Assembly (NCBI RefSeq): GCF_021028975.2
Contig: NC_059430.1
Location: 4,030,001 to 4,093,715 of the forward strand
Reading direction: 5' to 3'
DNA: 63,715 nt
DNA from: Sphaerodactylus townsendi
Taxonomy: Eukaryota
Part shown: positions 24,594-37,260 of the stretch, one piece after another
Layout: each line of letters begins with the position of its first letter
Numbering within the stretch: position 1 is the stretch's first letter
The notes under the pieces: generated by a model
The model's database searches: none
What the model was told of the DNA's origin: nothing
Seen by the model: the letters and a program-made list of their open reading frames with translations, nothing else
Program-made: the position numbers and the translations under genes

Positions 24594-25788
24594 GTATTGT
24601 CGAAGGCTTTCACGGCGGGATTCTACTGGTTCTGGTGGGTTTTCCGGGCTGTGTGGCCGTGGTCTGGTGGATCTCGTTCCTAACGTTTTGCCTGCATCTG
24701 TGACTGGCATCTTCAGAGATGTATCACAGAGTCTGTTTACCACTAAGTCTAGTGAGAAGGGGAAGTTTAGTGGGATATATTGTCCATGTCCCAGGGTGGG
24801 GAACCAGTCACTAAGGCCGTTTCCGCATGGGCGGAATATGGCGGCCTGGGGACGGCAAAAACGCCGTCCGCAGGCCGCCATTTGCACAGGGGGCGCAGCT
24901 GCAACGCAGCCGCGACACCCTCCCGGCCCCACGCCAGCATTTTCCCAGAGCGCTGGGAAGCGCTCTTGTTGGGGAAATGCCGGCTGGAAGCCGCTGCTGT
25001 GCGAACGGCAGCGGCTTCCTGACGCTTTCCCCCCACCCCCTCGTTTCCCTTACCTGCTCTCCGGCCCTCCGGTGCGTCGCTGGGGCCTGGGGACATGCCC
25101 CCCTGCTCTGCGACCCGGAAGCAGGCGCGCAGGGCAGGGGAGGTGTGTCCCCAGGCTCCGGCGACGCGCCGGAGAACAGGTAAGGCAACCGGGCGACAGC
25201 ACCCAGCGGCGCCGTCTCCCTGGTTCTTTCTGGGACCGTCCGTGCGGACGGTCCCAGCGTCGTCGGGTCGGCGTCGAGTACGCCGACCCGGCCTCTTCCG
25301 CATTCATGCGGAAACAGCCTAAGTGTTTGGGTGGAACTTGCTATGCAAAGGTGTGGTTGAGTGCATTGTATTGTGGGTGGGGTTATCAGTCCATTTTTTA
25401 GAGAGACCCCCTCACTTCTGCAGAAGTCTATCGCATACCCTGCAGCTGTGGAAAGGTCCACATGGGAACCACAAAACGCAGCATTCAGACTCGTGTTAAG
25501 GAGCACGAAAGGTCGGCTTAACCATCCCGAAAAATCTGCAGCTGCAGAACATGTGTCAAACAAAACTGGACATAACATTTTATTTGAGAACGCTGAAATT
25601 TTGGACAATTCAGAAAGTTACTATGTCAGACTGCATAGGGAGGCCTCTGAAATTCACAAACACCAAGACAACTTCAATAAGAAAGAAGAGATTTTGAAAA
25701 TTAACAAAGCTTGGCTCCCAGTACTTAAAAAATGGACTGACACCCACACCCACAGTAGAATGCACTCAACCACACCACCCAAACACTT
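24594..25788. mobile_element. Penelope-like element 3' fragment: GIY-YIG endonuclease C-terminus on + with inverted terminal repeat, interrupted by a MITE
   Basis: PEKSAAAEH...ILFENAEILD...YVRLHREASEIHKH...FNKKEE; 25321-25382 is the inverse of ~25744-25788. Confidence 0.85.
24815..25319. mobile_element. GC-rich PIF/Harbinger-like MITE
   Basis: TIRs GGCCGTTTCCGCATG / CATGCGGAAACAGCC; 3-bp TSD TAA. Confidence 0.82.
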
Positions 25789-26712
25789 CATGGAGGAACA
25801 ATGTCTGGCTGTGAGAAGAAGGCTGACTTTAATTCACTCACTAGACCTCATGTCTATGTACATGGATGCAAAAATCCCAGATCTTACACAGCACTGTCTT
25901 CCTCTAAGGGCTCTCAGCACCACCTACACCTGAAGACACCTGAAGATACCCACCAGGACCTCTGAACTTCTTCCCTGCCTCCAGTCCTGCCACTTCACTG
26001 CCTGTCAGAGATCTCCACTCAGATGCCTCATTGTCACCTTAGACATAATACATAAAATGCAGGCTGCCCTTCTCTTCTGTCCTCCCAGGCTCTCTGGGTC
26101 TACTCTGTGCTCATGGGCAGTGGCACCATAAGAGGGACGTCAATCACTGGTCTTATCAGATGAGTCTTTGGGGATTAGTTGCGCACACGTTTCCCACCCT
26201 CCCAAACTCACAGGACCACAGATCGGAAAAGCCTGTCAGCTTTTGAAACCTGGCAACATGCAACTCTCCCCCCTGCTCCTTCACAGAGAAAGCGAAGGGA
26301 ATTAGCGAAAGGACTGCCACAGTTCATGTGGCTCATTGTAGATTAGAAACAAGCTAACTTCTGTCCGTGGGCATAACCTGTTGAGTCCCATGTGCAGAAA
26401 CAGCTGAGAATGGGAAGAATGGCCAACTTCAGAGAACTGAACAGGTAGTTCAAAGAAGGGGTGTGTTCGTTGGGGACCAACAGATGTTCATATGTATGAT
26501 AAAAATGCAATCACTATTTTTTAAATTGATTTGGTTAGTAGAAAACATAGCAGGAATGAACCAAGAGATGTTATATATTTTAGAATATTGAAGCATAGAT
26601 GAGTTTGCATTGCATTTGAACTTACAAGACAACTGGTTAGTCAAGAATGTGTTTCATCAAATTCAACAGGGAGGTTGAAAAACCTCTAGATTTCAGTTAA
26701 TTGGGACCTTCT

Positions 26713-27005
26713 TAGAAGAAGATTTTGGATTGATCCCTTCCCTTGTCTCTCCTGGAAGGAGACTCAAAAGGGCTTGCAGGTTCCTTTCCCATCCTCTCTC
26801 CACAACAGACACCTTGTGAGGCAGGTGGGGCTGAGAGAGTTCTGAGAAAACTGTGATTGGCCCAAGGCCATGCAGCAGGAATGCAGGGGTGTGGAAGCAA
26901 ATCTGATTCACTTGATAGGACTACATTGCTCATGTGAAGGAGTGGGGAATCAAACCCGGTTCTCCAGATTAAATTCCACCTGATCTTAACCATGACACCA
27001 CACTG
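26713..27005 (-). mobile_element. Squam3-like SINE, more diverged subfamily
   Basis: Shared core ggggaatcaaacccggttctccaga and gtggggctgagagag; short GAA tail. Confidence 0.75.
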
Positions 27006-27138
27006 ACTTCTTGTTTGTGATTGGGTAAGGTATTTTTGTAGACTCATGTAATGGTTCTCTTATTATAATTGATGGAACAATAGTGGATTCTGTACTTTTT
27101 GGGATTTAGTCAATTCGCCACAAAAACAACCTCTGTTC

Positions 27139-27324
27139 CAGTGGTTCTCAACCTTCCTAATGCAGTGACCCTTTAATACAGTTCCTCGTGTAGTGGTGAC
27201 CCCTAACCATAAAATTGGTATATATAAAATATAAAAGACCATTTTCCGATGGTCTTAGGTGACCCCTGTGAAAGGGTCATTCGACCCCCCAAAGGGGTCA
27301 TGACCCCCAGGTTGAGAACCGCTG
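27139..27324. mobile_element. SPIN (Space Invader)-like non-autonomous hAT element
   Basis: Termini CAGTGGTTCTCAACCTTCCTAATGC...GGTTGAGAACCGCTG resemble recalled SPIN/URR1 ends; TSD CTCTGTTC/CTCTATTC. Confidence 0.8.
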
Positions 27325-27331
27325 CTCTATT

Positions 27332-27576
27332 CAGTGGCGGATCCAGAGGGGGCACCATTCACCGGGGTCATGTAGGGGGCACATTTTGGATCCCCACCAT
27401 CTCCCTCCCCCCACTCTTCCAGTCACCAGCCAAACAACCCCCCTCTTGCCTGGCTGGCTCTTCTTGCCCTTCCCATGCTGCTAACACAGCTGGCCCACTT
27501 TGCTTGCCCACCCCAGCAAGTTAATTTTTCCAGGGGTGGGGATTTCAGCAGGGCGACAGGGGGAATTCGACCGCTG
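27332..27576. mobile_element. Older hAT-like MITE into whose left junction SPIN inserted
   Basis: Begins CAGTGGCGGATCC, ends CCGCTG; CCTCTGTT at 27130-27137 and 27577-27584. Confidence 0.6.
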
Positions 27577-27910
27577 CCTCTGTTGCCCCTGAGATTATTG
27601 TCAGTGTCTAGCACAGGCTTGGAAAATGGTCCCCTGAACCCCAGAGGAGCCACCTCTCTCCCTCCCACCCACCCAAAGCAGGAACCCTCAACAGCATCCC
27701 TGCAACTGTTGATGGTCATTTCTTCCACCTTCTTCTCCCGGACCTCCCTTCTCCCAGCTCCCTTTCCTCACCTTCCCCAGTGCTGATGTGTTGATTGAGA
27801 TGATCCTTGGAACAGGATTCGGTGGTGGGGTGTTCTGCTTACTGAACTTTGGAAAACACAAGGGCATTATTTACCCCACTTAGAAAGGTAACTGGTTTCA
27901 GTACAAGTAA

Positions 27911-28600
27911 CCCACCTTTGCACACGGATGACTAATGAAGGCTGGATCCCTCCTTCTTCTCAAGTCTGACCATTATTGTTCATCCTGTCTTCAAGATAAC
28001 TTAGCCTCGAGTTTTCAGGATGTTCATGCATGGTAGCCCCTAGACATGGAATCTACTCTAGGTCTTGGAAATCTCTTTCCTCCTCCAACATGAAGTTTCC
28101 GATGCTCTGGAGCAGCCAGAGGTATACAAAGCTGATGGTGCCCTGAGGGCCTAATCCTGTTTGTGGGCTGGGGGCCTTGGGGATGCTCCTGGATTGGAAC
28201 CCCTCAGGGAGTGAAGAGCACTGATTGGAAGCTCAGAGAATTTGGACGGATTGCATCAGCTCTAATCATCATATTTTCTGAAAGACTTCTCCTAAAACCA
28301 AAGCCCGGACAGGTATCATAGGAAGGAATGGACTCCAGAATGTCCCAATCCTTATTAATGATTTTTTAAAAAAATGTCCATTGCCAAAGGTGTGTAGTGG
28401 AAAACACAGAAAATCCTATTACTGCTAGAATGAGTATTCTCTGCAGGGAGTCTAGAAAGTGGAGCCATTTGAGTTCTATGTGCTACTTTTTTGATTACTG
28501 GATCTGGGTAGCCTCTTGTGCATAATTATTCCTGCAAGCTATCGGCACTTTGAATATAATCTATAGTGGCTGAAGAATTCCTTTTAACATGCAAAAAGTA
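27911..28600 (-). promoter_or_regulatory. Putative OR4 promoter and 5' non-coding exon
   Basis: Paralogous block; donor AAG|GTGGG; O/E-like cluster 28138-28245; TAATGA at ~28357. Confidence 0.6.
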
Positions 28601-29124
28601 TCATAAGGAAGGTTCACTTTAAGATGCACTTAAGAAAGTACAAACACTTTGAAGTGTAACAAGACACTTGAAATACTCTGGGATGCTTGGTGAGTGAATT
28701 AACTATTGGAATACCCTGAAATAAACATTCACTACACACTCAAGACACTTCAGTAATTCTAATACCAAGAGAATAATTTACCCCATTCAAGTCAAGTCAA
28801 GTCAACTTGATTGTAGAGCCATAGGCTATTACAATATTACTTGGGTAGCGTGGTGGCCAAGTTTGCGGATGATCCCAAATTATGTAGGGTAGTGTTCTTA
28901 TGTTCTTAGAAAAAATAGTTGATATAGTTATACCGATAACATAATAAAATTTCAAAATTAAAATTAAAATATAGACACTTTAATAGTTTACAGAATTTGA
29001 TAGAATGAGTTATAGTAATGAGTGTATAGACTGTATTACCTGTATTTGTATTTTGAAAATGTTTTAATGAAAATCAATTCAGAAAAGAAATTACAGAGTT
29101 CACGCAATTCTGTAGGATCTTGAT

Positions 29125-30099
29125 CTAACATAGAGAGTTATGATATTTAGGTGGGCTCCAGGTTTCCATGGCCTTCTTCAGGGCCCCCTTCACCTCCTTG
29201 TTGCGGAGGCTATAAATTATGGGGTTCAGCATTGGGGTGATTACACAGTACATGATGGAGATCAAAGTGCCAGTTGCTAAGGAGTAACCAGCGCTTGGCC
29301 TCTGATAGTTCAGTAACGCATTTCCATAGTAAATGAAGACAACAGAGAGGTGAGACGCACAAGTGGAAAAGGCTTTGCGCTTGCCAGTAGTGGAACGAAT
29401 CCTCAAGATGGAGGACATGATGAAAACGTATGAGGAAATAATGAACAGGAGGGGGCCCCCGCCCACAAAAATTCCTGATATATTGAGTGCCAGTCCATTG
29501 ATATATGCATCATTACAAGCAATTTTCATCAGTGGAGGGAGATCGCAGAAGATGTGATGAATCTGGTTGACTCCACAGAAGTCCAACCTGGTGCTAAGTG
29601 CGGTATGCAGAGCAGAGTCTAGGAAGCCTATAATCCAAGTAGCAAAAGCCAGTATGGTGCACACCTTGGTGTTCATGAGGTGGGAGTAATGCAGAGGTTT
29701 ACAGATGGCGGCGTAGCGGTCGTAGGCCATCACAGCCAGCAGGCCCCCCTCCGCCCCTATGAAAGACATCAGGAAGAACATCTGGGACACGCACTGGTTG
29801 TAGGAGATGGTCTGTTGTTGGAGCAGGAGGTTCACCATGATCTTAGGGACGGTGACTGAGGAAAGGCAAATATCTAAGCAGGAGAGGTGGCTGAGGAAAT
29901 AATACATGGGGGTATGGAGGCTGGATTTCAGTTGAATCATAGTAAATATCATGAGGTTCCCCAGTACAGTGACCAAGTAGACAGCTAAGAATGCCAAGGC
30001 GAGATACGTCTGACCATACAGAATACCGGAGAACCCCAGGAGAACAAATTCCACCACCTGCGTCTGATTCCTAATTCCCATGGAGAGCTCAAAACTCAT
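29125..30099 (-). CDS. Olfactory receptor OR5, intact, 324 aa
   Basis: Full OR motif set; acceptor AG directly before ATG. Confidence 0.96.
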   Translation of the reverse strand: MSFELSMGIRNQTQVVEFVLLGFSGILYGQTYLALAFLAVYLVTVLGNLMIFTMIQLKSSLHTPMYYFLSHLSCLDICLSSVTVPKIMVNLLLQQQTISYNQCVSQMFFLMSFIGAEGGLLAVMAYDRYAAICKPLHYSHLMNTKVCTILAFATWIIGFLDSALHTALSTRLDFCGVNQIHHIFCDLPPLMKIACNDAYINGLALNISGIFVGGGPLLFIISSYVFIMSSILRIRSTTGKRKAFSTCASHLSVVFIYYGNALLNYQRPSAGYSLATGTLISIMYCVITPMLNPIIYSLRNKEVKGALKKAMETWSPPKYHNSLC

Positions 30100-30223
30100 C
30101 TGTAAAGGGGAAATAATCGAATGAGAGAAAATAATTCAGGAAAGCTATTGACAATCTGGAGCAAGTGCAGAGGAGGGTGGCCCAAAAGGAAAAAAGTCAG
30201 AAATCTATGCCTTATACGGAGCG

Positions 30224-30746
30224 ACTTTTTAAGGAAACAGCAACTGAATGGAAAACTCCTGGTGTCCTTTTACCGCTGTGCTATGGAGAGTGTCTTAACC
30301 TACTGCATCTGTGTGTGGTTCTCCAGTTGCACAGTGGCAGATAGGAAGGCGCTCCAAAGGGTGATCACTACTGCACAGAGGATTATCGGCTGCCCTCTCC
30401 CCTCCTTGGAAGAACTCTATCATTCCCGAAGCCTAAAGAAAGCCCAAAATATTCCGAGAGACCCGTCTCATCCGGCACACTCTCTTTTTGAACTGTTACC
30501 ATCCGGCAGACGATGCAGGTCTATCCAAACTAGGACAAAGAGGCTTAGAGACAGCTTCTACTCCAGAGCCGTGGCTACGCTGAACTCCGCGGCTTCGTGT
30601 TGATGTGTTTGGGGCTGTGTAGGGATGGGTGGAGGAAGGGGAAAAGGAGGATGGGGGATGAGTCCGAAATGGTGTGCATCGAGGAATGCTGCTGAAAATT
30701 TCATGGTGCGTGCACAATGACAATAAAATGCTTATGCTTATGCTTA
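30224..30746 (+). mobile_element. Rex1/Babar-like LINE 3' fragment
   Basis: Highly similar to 12933-13459; same tail. Confidence 0.85.
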
Positions 30747-31534
30747 GGGAGCTGGGATTGTTTCGCTTGGGAAAGAGAAGGTTAAATGGTGAACTGATAG
30801 CCATGTTTAAATATTTGAAGGGATTTCGTGTCTTCTGCTGCTCCAGAGACTTGGACAAGGAGTAATGGATTCAAGGTGCAGGAAGAGAGATTCCACCTAA
30901 ACATTAGCACAAACTTCTTGACACTGGAATGCTTTGACAAGGAGTGTGGTGGAGTCTCTTTCTTTTGGTTTTTTTTAAGTGGAAGCTGGATGGTTGGGCT
31001 GGATGCCCCTTGGGGCCTCTTCCAACTCTAGGATTCGATGAATCTGGAGAAGCGAAGGTTAAAGAGGGACATGATAGCCATGTTTAAATATTTGAAGGGA
31101 TGTCATGTCGAAGAGAGAGCAACCTTGTTTTCTGCTGTCTCAGAGACTAGGACATGGAGTAATAGATTCAAGGTGCAGGACAAGAGATTCCACCTAAACA
31201 TGGGGAAGAACTTCCTGACCATCAGGGCTGTTGGAGACAGGAGTCGCCTTCCTTGGAGTTCTTTAAATAGAGGTTGGATGGGCATCTTTCAGGAGTGCTT
31301 TGATGGTGTGTTACTGCAGGGCAGGAGGTTGGACTGGATTTCCTTGGTGGTCTCTTCCAAATTCTATGAGTCTAAAACAACTTGCGTGAGCGGTGAATTT
31401 GGCGATACTACCATGCAGCCTGAAGCTTATTTAAGGCATGTGGGGAAAAATGAAGTTCATGTAATAGTGCCCCACAGAGATCTACACAGCCTACACTACA
31501 TGACCTCTTCTCGGGTTTTTCACCTCCTTAGTCA

Positions 31535-32178
31535 AAGGATTGCGAAGAGCTCCAAGCGGACCTTGATAAATTAGGTGAGTGGGCTAAGAAATGGCAAATG
31601 CAGTTCAATGTAGCAAAATGCAAAGTGATGCACACAGGGGCAAAAAATCCAAACTTCACATACAAGCTACAGGGGTCAGTGCTATCAGTCACAGACCAGG
31701 AAAGGGATTTGGGCGTCTTAGTTGATAGTTCCATGGGAATGTCAACTCAATGAATGGCAGCTGTGAAAAAGGCAAACTCTATGCTGGGGATCATTAGAAA
31801 AGGAATTGATAATAAAACTGCAAAGATTGTCGTGCCCTTATATAAAAAAAGCACAGTGGAAAGCGACCGCGATCTCTAGAGTACTGTGTTCAGTTCTGGT
31901 CGCCACATCTCAAAAAGGATATCGAAGAGATAGAAAAAGTGCAGAGAAGGGCAACGAGGATGATTGAGGGACTGGAGCACCTTCCTTATGAGGAGAGGCT
32001 GCAGTGTTTGGGGCTCTTTAGTTTGGAGAGGAGACGTCTGAGGGGGGATAGGATTGAAGTCTGTAAAATTATGCATGGGGTAGAAAATGTTGACAGAGAG
32101 AATTTTCTCTCTCTTTCTCACCATACTAGAACCAGGGGGCATTCATTGAAAATGCTGGGGGGAAGAATTAGGACTAAC
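31535..32178 (+). mobile_element. Young CR1 LINE internal fragment
   Basis: [30 protein letters not shown]; no tail. Confidence 0.9.
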
Positions 32179-32750
32179 TGATTTCTTGCTGCCATTATGT
32201 GGGGGATTTTTTGAGCTCTGCGTGAAATTGATGCTTCAATGCTTCATAGTCTCATTCTGCATTATTGACTACTCCTTGTAGGCTGAATTGTTCAAAGATG
32301 GGCCTCCCAAAAATAAAAGACAAAAAGGGAACTGCAGCAAATAAATATGCAAAGGGAAACTGAGAGAGCTCAGAAAATAACGCCAAGGAGGAAGCAGAGA
32401 AGCGTGGGGAACACAGTCAGTAGATCACACAGCAACTAAAGATGTTTTCAAAACATTTCAGCCAGAGAATCCTCTTAAATGGGGATTGATTTGAAATGTT
32501 TTGAGGCTAGAAATAAAACATTTGGGGGTTAAAACAATGCAAAACTGCGTGGAGGAACTGTTATATTTCCTGCCTGAAAACATTTTAAATGGATTGTACA
32601 GAAAAAAACCACTATCCACCCGCCAATCTAGAACATTTATCCCACCCAAGAGATTGACCCTTAAATACCAGATTGGTTTGAAAAATGTCTTAGGAAATTA
32701 AATCAGGGGTTTACATCTCTTAAAAAGGTAACTAGTTTAAGTACAAGTTA

Positions 32751-33730
32751 CCCACCTTTGCACATGGATGACAAGTGAAGGCTGGGTCCTTCCTTCTCCT
32801 CAAGTCTGTCCATTATTGTTCATCGTGTCTTCAAGATGGGAACAACTTAGCCATGAGTTTTCAGGAGGTTCATGCATGGCAGCCCCTAGACATGGAATCT
32901 ATTCTAGGTCTTGGAAACCTCTTTTCCCCTCCAGCATGAAGTCTCTGATGCCCGGGAGCAGCCAGAGGTATTCAAAGCTGGTGCTGCCCTGAGGGCCTAA
33001 TCCTGTTCATGGGCTGGGGGCCTTGGGGATGCTCTTGGATTGGAAGCCCCCAGGGAGTGAGGAGCACTGGTTGGAAGCTCAGAGAATTGGGATGGATTGC
33101 ATCTGCTCTCAGCAGCATGTTTGTCAAAGAGTTCTCCTTAAGAGCAGCAGTGGCGTAGGAGGTTAAGAGCTCGTGTGTCTAATCCGGAGGAACCAGGTTT
33201 GATTCCCAGCTCTGCCGCCTGAGCTGTGGAGGCTTATCTGGGAAATTCAGATTAGCCTGTGCACTCCCACACACGCCAGCTGGGTGACCTTGGGCTAGTC
33301 ACAGCTTCTCGGAGCTCTCTCAGCCCCACCTACCTCACAGGGTGTTTGTTGTGAGGGGGGAAGGGCAAGGAGATTGTCAGCCCCTTTGAGTCTCCTGCAG
33401 GAGAGAAAGGGGGGATATAAATCCAAACTCTTCTTCTTCTTCTTCAAAGACTAGACATGTATCACAGCCAGGAATAGACTCTAGAATGTGCCAATTTTTA
33501 TTAATGATTTTTGAAAATGTCCATAGCCAAAGGTGTGTGACTGACAGGACAGAAAATGCTATTGTTACTAGAATAAGTATTCTCTTCACGGTCTTTAGAA
33601 TGTGGAGCCCTTGGAGCTCTCTGTGTTGCTATTTTGATGATTGAATCTGGGTAGTAATTGTCTGTGAAAGCTACTGACAGTTTGAATATAATATTTCGTG
33701 GCTGAAGAATTCCTTTTAAGGTGCAAGAAT
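32751..33730 (-). promoter_or_regulatory. Putative OR5 promoter and 5' non-coding exon, interrupted by a SINE
   Basis: Paralogous block; donor at 32751-32755; CCCCCAGGGA at ~33047-33056; TAATGA at ~33502. Confidence 0.6.
33142..33444 (+). mobile_element. Squam3-like SINE
   Basis: Near-identical to 15451-15750. Confidence 0.85.
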
Positions 33731-33976
33731 TGCCAGAAGGAAGAGTCACTCTAAGATGCAATTAAGAAAGTACAGAGACTTTTAAGCGTAACGGGACACT
33801 TGGAAATGCTCTGGATGCTTGGCATGTGAACTCACTACTGGAAGACCCTGAAAGAAACGCATTCAGACACTACAGTAATTGTAATACCAAAAAAGTAATG
33901 TACACAATTCAGTGTCCCCGTAGATATCTGTAATGGGTGCCAGCAGGCACTGAGTTCATATCAGAATTTCTACATA

Positions 33977-34208
33977 CCCTGTTTCCCCGAATATAAGACA
34001 TCCCCAGAAAATAAGACATAGTAAAGGTTTTGTTGAAGTGCGAAATATAAGGCATCCCCCAAAAGTAAGACATAGCAAAGTTTTTGTTTGGAAGCATGCC
34101 TGACGAACAGAACACAGAAAAATAAGACATCCCCTGAAAATAAGACATAGTGCATCTTTGGGAGCAAAAATTAATATAAGACACTGTCTTATTTTCGGGG
34201 AAACACGG
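33977..34208. mobile_element. Tc1/mariner (pogo/Tigger-like) MITE
   Basis: TIRs CCCTGTTTCCCCGAA / TTCGGGGAAACACGG; TA flanks; internal AAATAAGACAT repeats. Confidence 0.82.
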
Positions 34209-35475
34209 TATTAAAGACTTAGATGCCCCATAAGTCATTTTACACAAGTGGGACACACAATTCTGGGTTTTATCTGGCGCTTCCAACCAGATAATTATAA
34301 TTATTCTGATACAGGTCATATTTTATTACAGAAAGAAGCCTGATTTATTCATTTACTTGACATTGTTCAACCACGCGGACTCAACGTAACTAATGGCCTT
34401 TCATATTTTCTGCACTGGGGACCTACGTATATGAAGGATCTAACTAAATGTACAAAAAGCTTAAATGTAACTAATGCTCTTTCAGGTTTTCTATACATAC
34501 AGGATCTAACTAAATGCACTTATTCACTGAAAAGCTCATTATTTTTGATAATATAGACTTACTATTGTGCTATAAGTAAACTCAGCATCTGCCTGACCGA
34601 TATACAGGCTGGCCTAAGATTGTACTGTGTTCATAGAGAAACAGAATTTTTCATATACCTTATTAGTAATGCAATACATTTGCAGTTTTTCAACTGTATA
34701 ACTTCTGGAGATGCGGTTCTCTCATTGAACGCCTTGAGCTACACTGCGATGCTTGAAGGGCATTCTGTGTACTGCATGTACAGACATTTTGGATTTTGCA
34801 TATCGTTTTGCATTATGATAAGTTTCCTTCTTTATTGAACTTCATTTCCTGCATTGTTGAATTCTAGTATTTATTTTAATAATAACTTCTTAAAGTCTCA
34901 TGAAATCTGAATAAAACTGGGCTTTACCAGAACCCTGTCTCTTGTATGTATCTTGGATGTCAGCTACACCAAAATCCAAAATCCATTTTTTAAGAGATTT
35001 CTTATTCCTCGGTAGTAGAGTGAAGGTTATTTGTTTGTTTGTTTGTTTGTTTATTAAATTTGATAGACCGCCCTACCCACGAACATTAAAAGGAAAGGGT
35101 GTGTGTGTGCACTGAGATATCATTCCAGAACTTCCAACAAGCGATGGCTTTTATTAAAACAATGTACCTTTTTAATGTAGACAGAGTGTTGCTTTGCAAA
35201 AATCTGGGAGAAAGGAAAAATGATCCCCACTCCTGGCTTCTGCGCCCACTTCCCCAAACAGGGTGTTTGGTGGGGGAGTTCCATGGGGGGCAAGGGGGCC
35301 CTGGGGGATGATTATGCATTCCCCACTTGACAAGTTTTGTTGTACCCAAGGACAGAGACTGCCCCCTTCTCCCTAGTGGAGTTAATCATTAACAACCGGC
35401 TCTCCGAACTGAGAAAAAATTAACAACCGGTTCCACCGAACCGTCTCAAACTAGCTGAATCCCACCACTGTCAAT

Positions 35476-35797
35476 GGTCGAATCCCCACTACCATCTTAG
35501 CCAGGTTTCAGAACACAAACTAAACAATTTGAGGGATGACCTCCCCAGTCAAATCCCCACTACCGTCTTAGCCAGGTTTCAGAACACAAACTAACCAGGT
35601 TTGAGGGACGACCTCCCCGGTCGAATCCCCATTACCGTCTTAGCTAGGTTTCAGAACACAAACTAACCAGGTTTGAGGGATGACCTCCCTGGTTGAATCC
35701 CCACTACCGTCTTAGCCAGGTTTCAGAACATAAACTAACCAGGTTTGAGGTCGTTTGTGTTCTGAAACCTGGCTAAGACGGCAGTGGGGATTTGACC
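35476..35797. repeat. ~72-bp tandem repeat (about 4 copies) closed by an inverted partial copy
   Basis: Units start ~35476, 35547, 35619, 35691; 35753-35797 is the reverse complement of the unit start. Confidence 0.88.
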
Positions 35798-36743
35798 AGT
35801 GACCCTTCTCAGTGTGCAACTCTTCTGATACTCTGTCAATCTATGGATTTTGTTTGTAATGGAGTCCATGTCACTGCGAGATCTGGAGAACACAACAGCT
35901 GTGGGGCTCTTTCCCATCTATCGCCACTTTGAAAAAGAGCCAAGAAGCTTTAAGTGGCAGGTCACACATTTGGGAAACCAGCATCTTATGTAATTGTGAT
36001 TTATGGCTTCTTCTGAGTTGTTTGCAACCATGGCGAACTCATTAGGGACTGTGATTAAGATTTGGCTATCTCTCATGGGAACTATCAAGAAATCACATGT
36101 GGATGAATGAATGAATAATATGATTGTGTGCACCTACATTATTCAGACAACTTAGTTACATATTATGTATTCATCATATGTGAGCTTACGTTATGTTGGC
36201 ATAATTGTATAAAAGATACAGTCTTCTCTTAGACTGTGTACAGTATGAATTCATATTGCTTTTCTGATATATTATATTGCATGAACCTTCCCTTCAAGTT
36301 GGATTCTCAATTACACATGCTTTTCTCCCTTTTCTCAATTCACTTCACTTTCCTACTAGAGAATCTCCATGGTATCTGAAACAAGGAAATGTGTGACTTC
36401 CCCATTCCCCTTTGCATGGAAAGTGAAGGGAATCAGCATGCAATTTTCTTTCTTTGGGTCTGTTCCATCCTCCCCAAACTGATGGTTCCCACGCTCCAGG
36501 CCAGCATTTCAGAACAATTGGAAGGGCTTCCTTTTTAAAAAGTTGATCTATTACTTGAGCAATAGTCTTGAGCAACATTGCTTGAGCAATAGAAATTGAC
36601 ATGAGATTAGTAGTTAAGCAAAGTAACACTTGATCACAGATGCTCCCACTCAGAAAAAGCAACAGGAAAAACCAAAGGAGCAGCAGCCAAGCAAAATGGT
36701 GGCTCCGTTTGGAGACACTTCAAAGCAGCAAAACAAAATCATG

Positions 36744-37260
36744 GGCCCTTTCCGCACGGGCCAATAATGACGCCCTGGGGACGGCAAAAACGCCGTCCCC
36801 AGGGAGCCGTTCGCACAGGCGGTGCTGCCAAAACGCAGGAGCCGACCTGGTTCCCTTCCCCTTCCCTCTCCCCCAGGGCGGCCTCAGGCCGCCTCCAAAA
36901 ACCTCCCTCCTGGAGGGAGGTTTTTGGAATACAGCGCATTCCCAGCGGCACGGTGCGAACGGCCCAACTGGGAATGTGCTGTTGTCCCCGTCCTTCCCCA
37001 CTCACCTCGTCGCCGTCGTCATCCTGCTGGCCTCCGAAAGCCCTCCCTCACTGTCCTCCGGCCCCTGGAGGCCAGCAGGGCGACGACAGCGACGAGGTGA
37101 GTGGGGAAGGAAGGGAAGAGGCGGGTTGGCAGGGCGACGGCGCTCCACGGCGCCGTCGTCCCAGCCGGTTCTGGTACAGTCCATGCAGACAGTCCCAGCA
37201 TCGTCGGGTCGGCGTTCATTACGCTGACCCAACCCCCTCCGCCTCCGTGCGGAAGGGGCC
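36744..37260. mobile_element. GC-rich PIF/Harbinger-like MITE near the OR6 3' end
   Basis: TIRs GGCCCTTTCCGCACGG / CCGTGCGGAAGGGGCC; TSD ATG; empty site at ~2243-2270. Confidence 0.82.

Noticed and set aside
24576-25608. Several long overlapping GC-rich ORFs (up to 265 aa), similarly at 36640-37378 and 11850-12602
   Set aside because: They coincide with stop-poor GC-rich MITEs and show no recognisable protein motifs apart from the Penelope endonuclease piece
35476-35750. CRISPR-like regular array
   Set aside because: Units are wholly repeated with no unique spacers, there are no cas genes, and the context is eukaryotic
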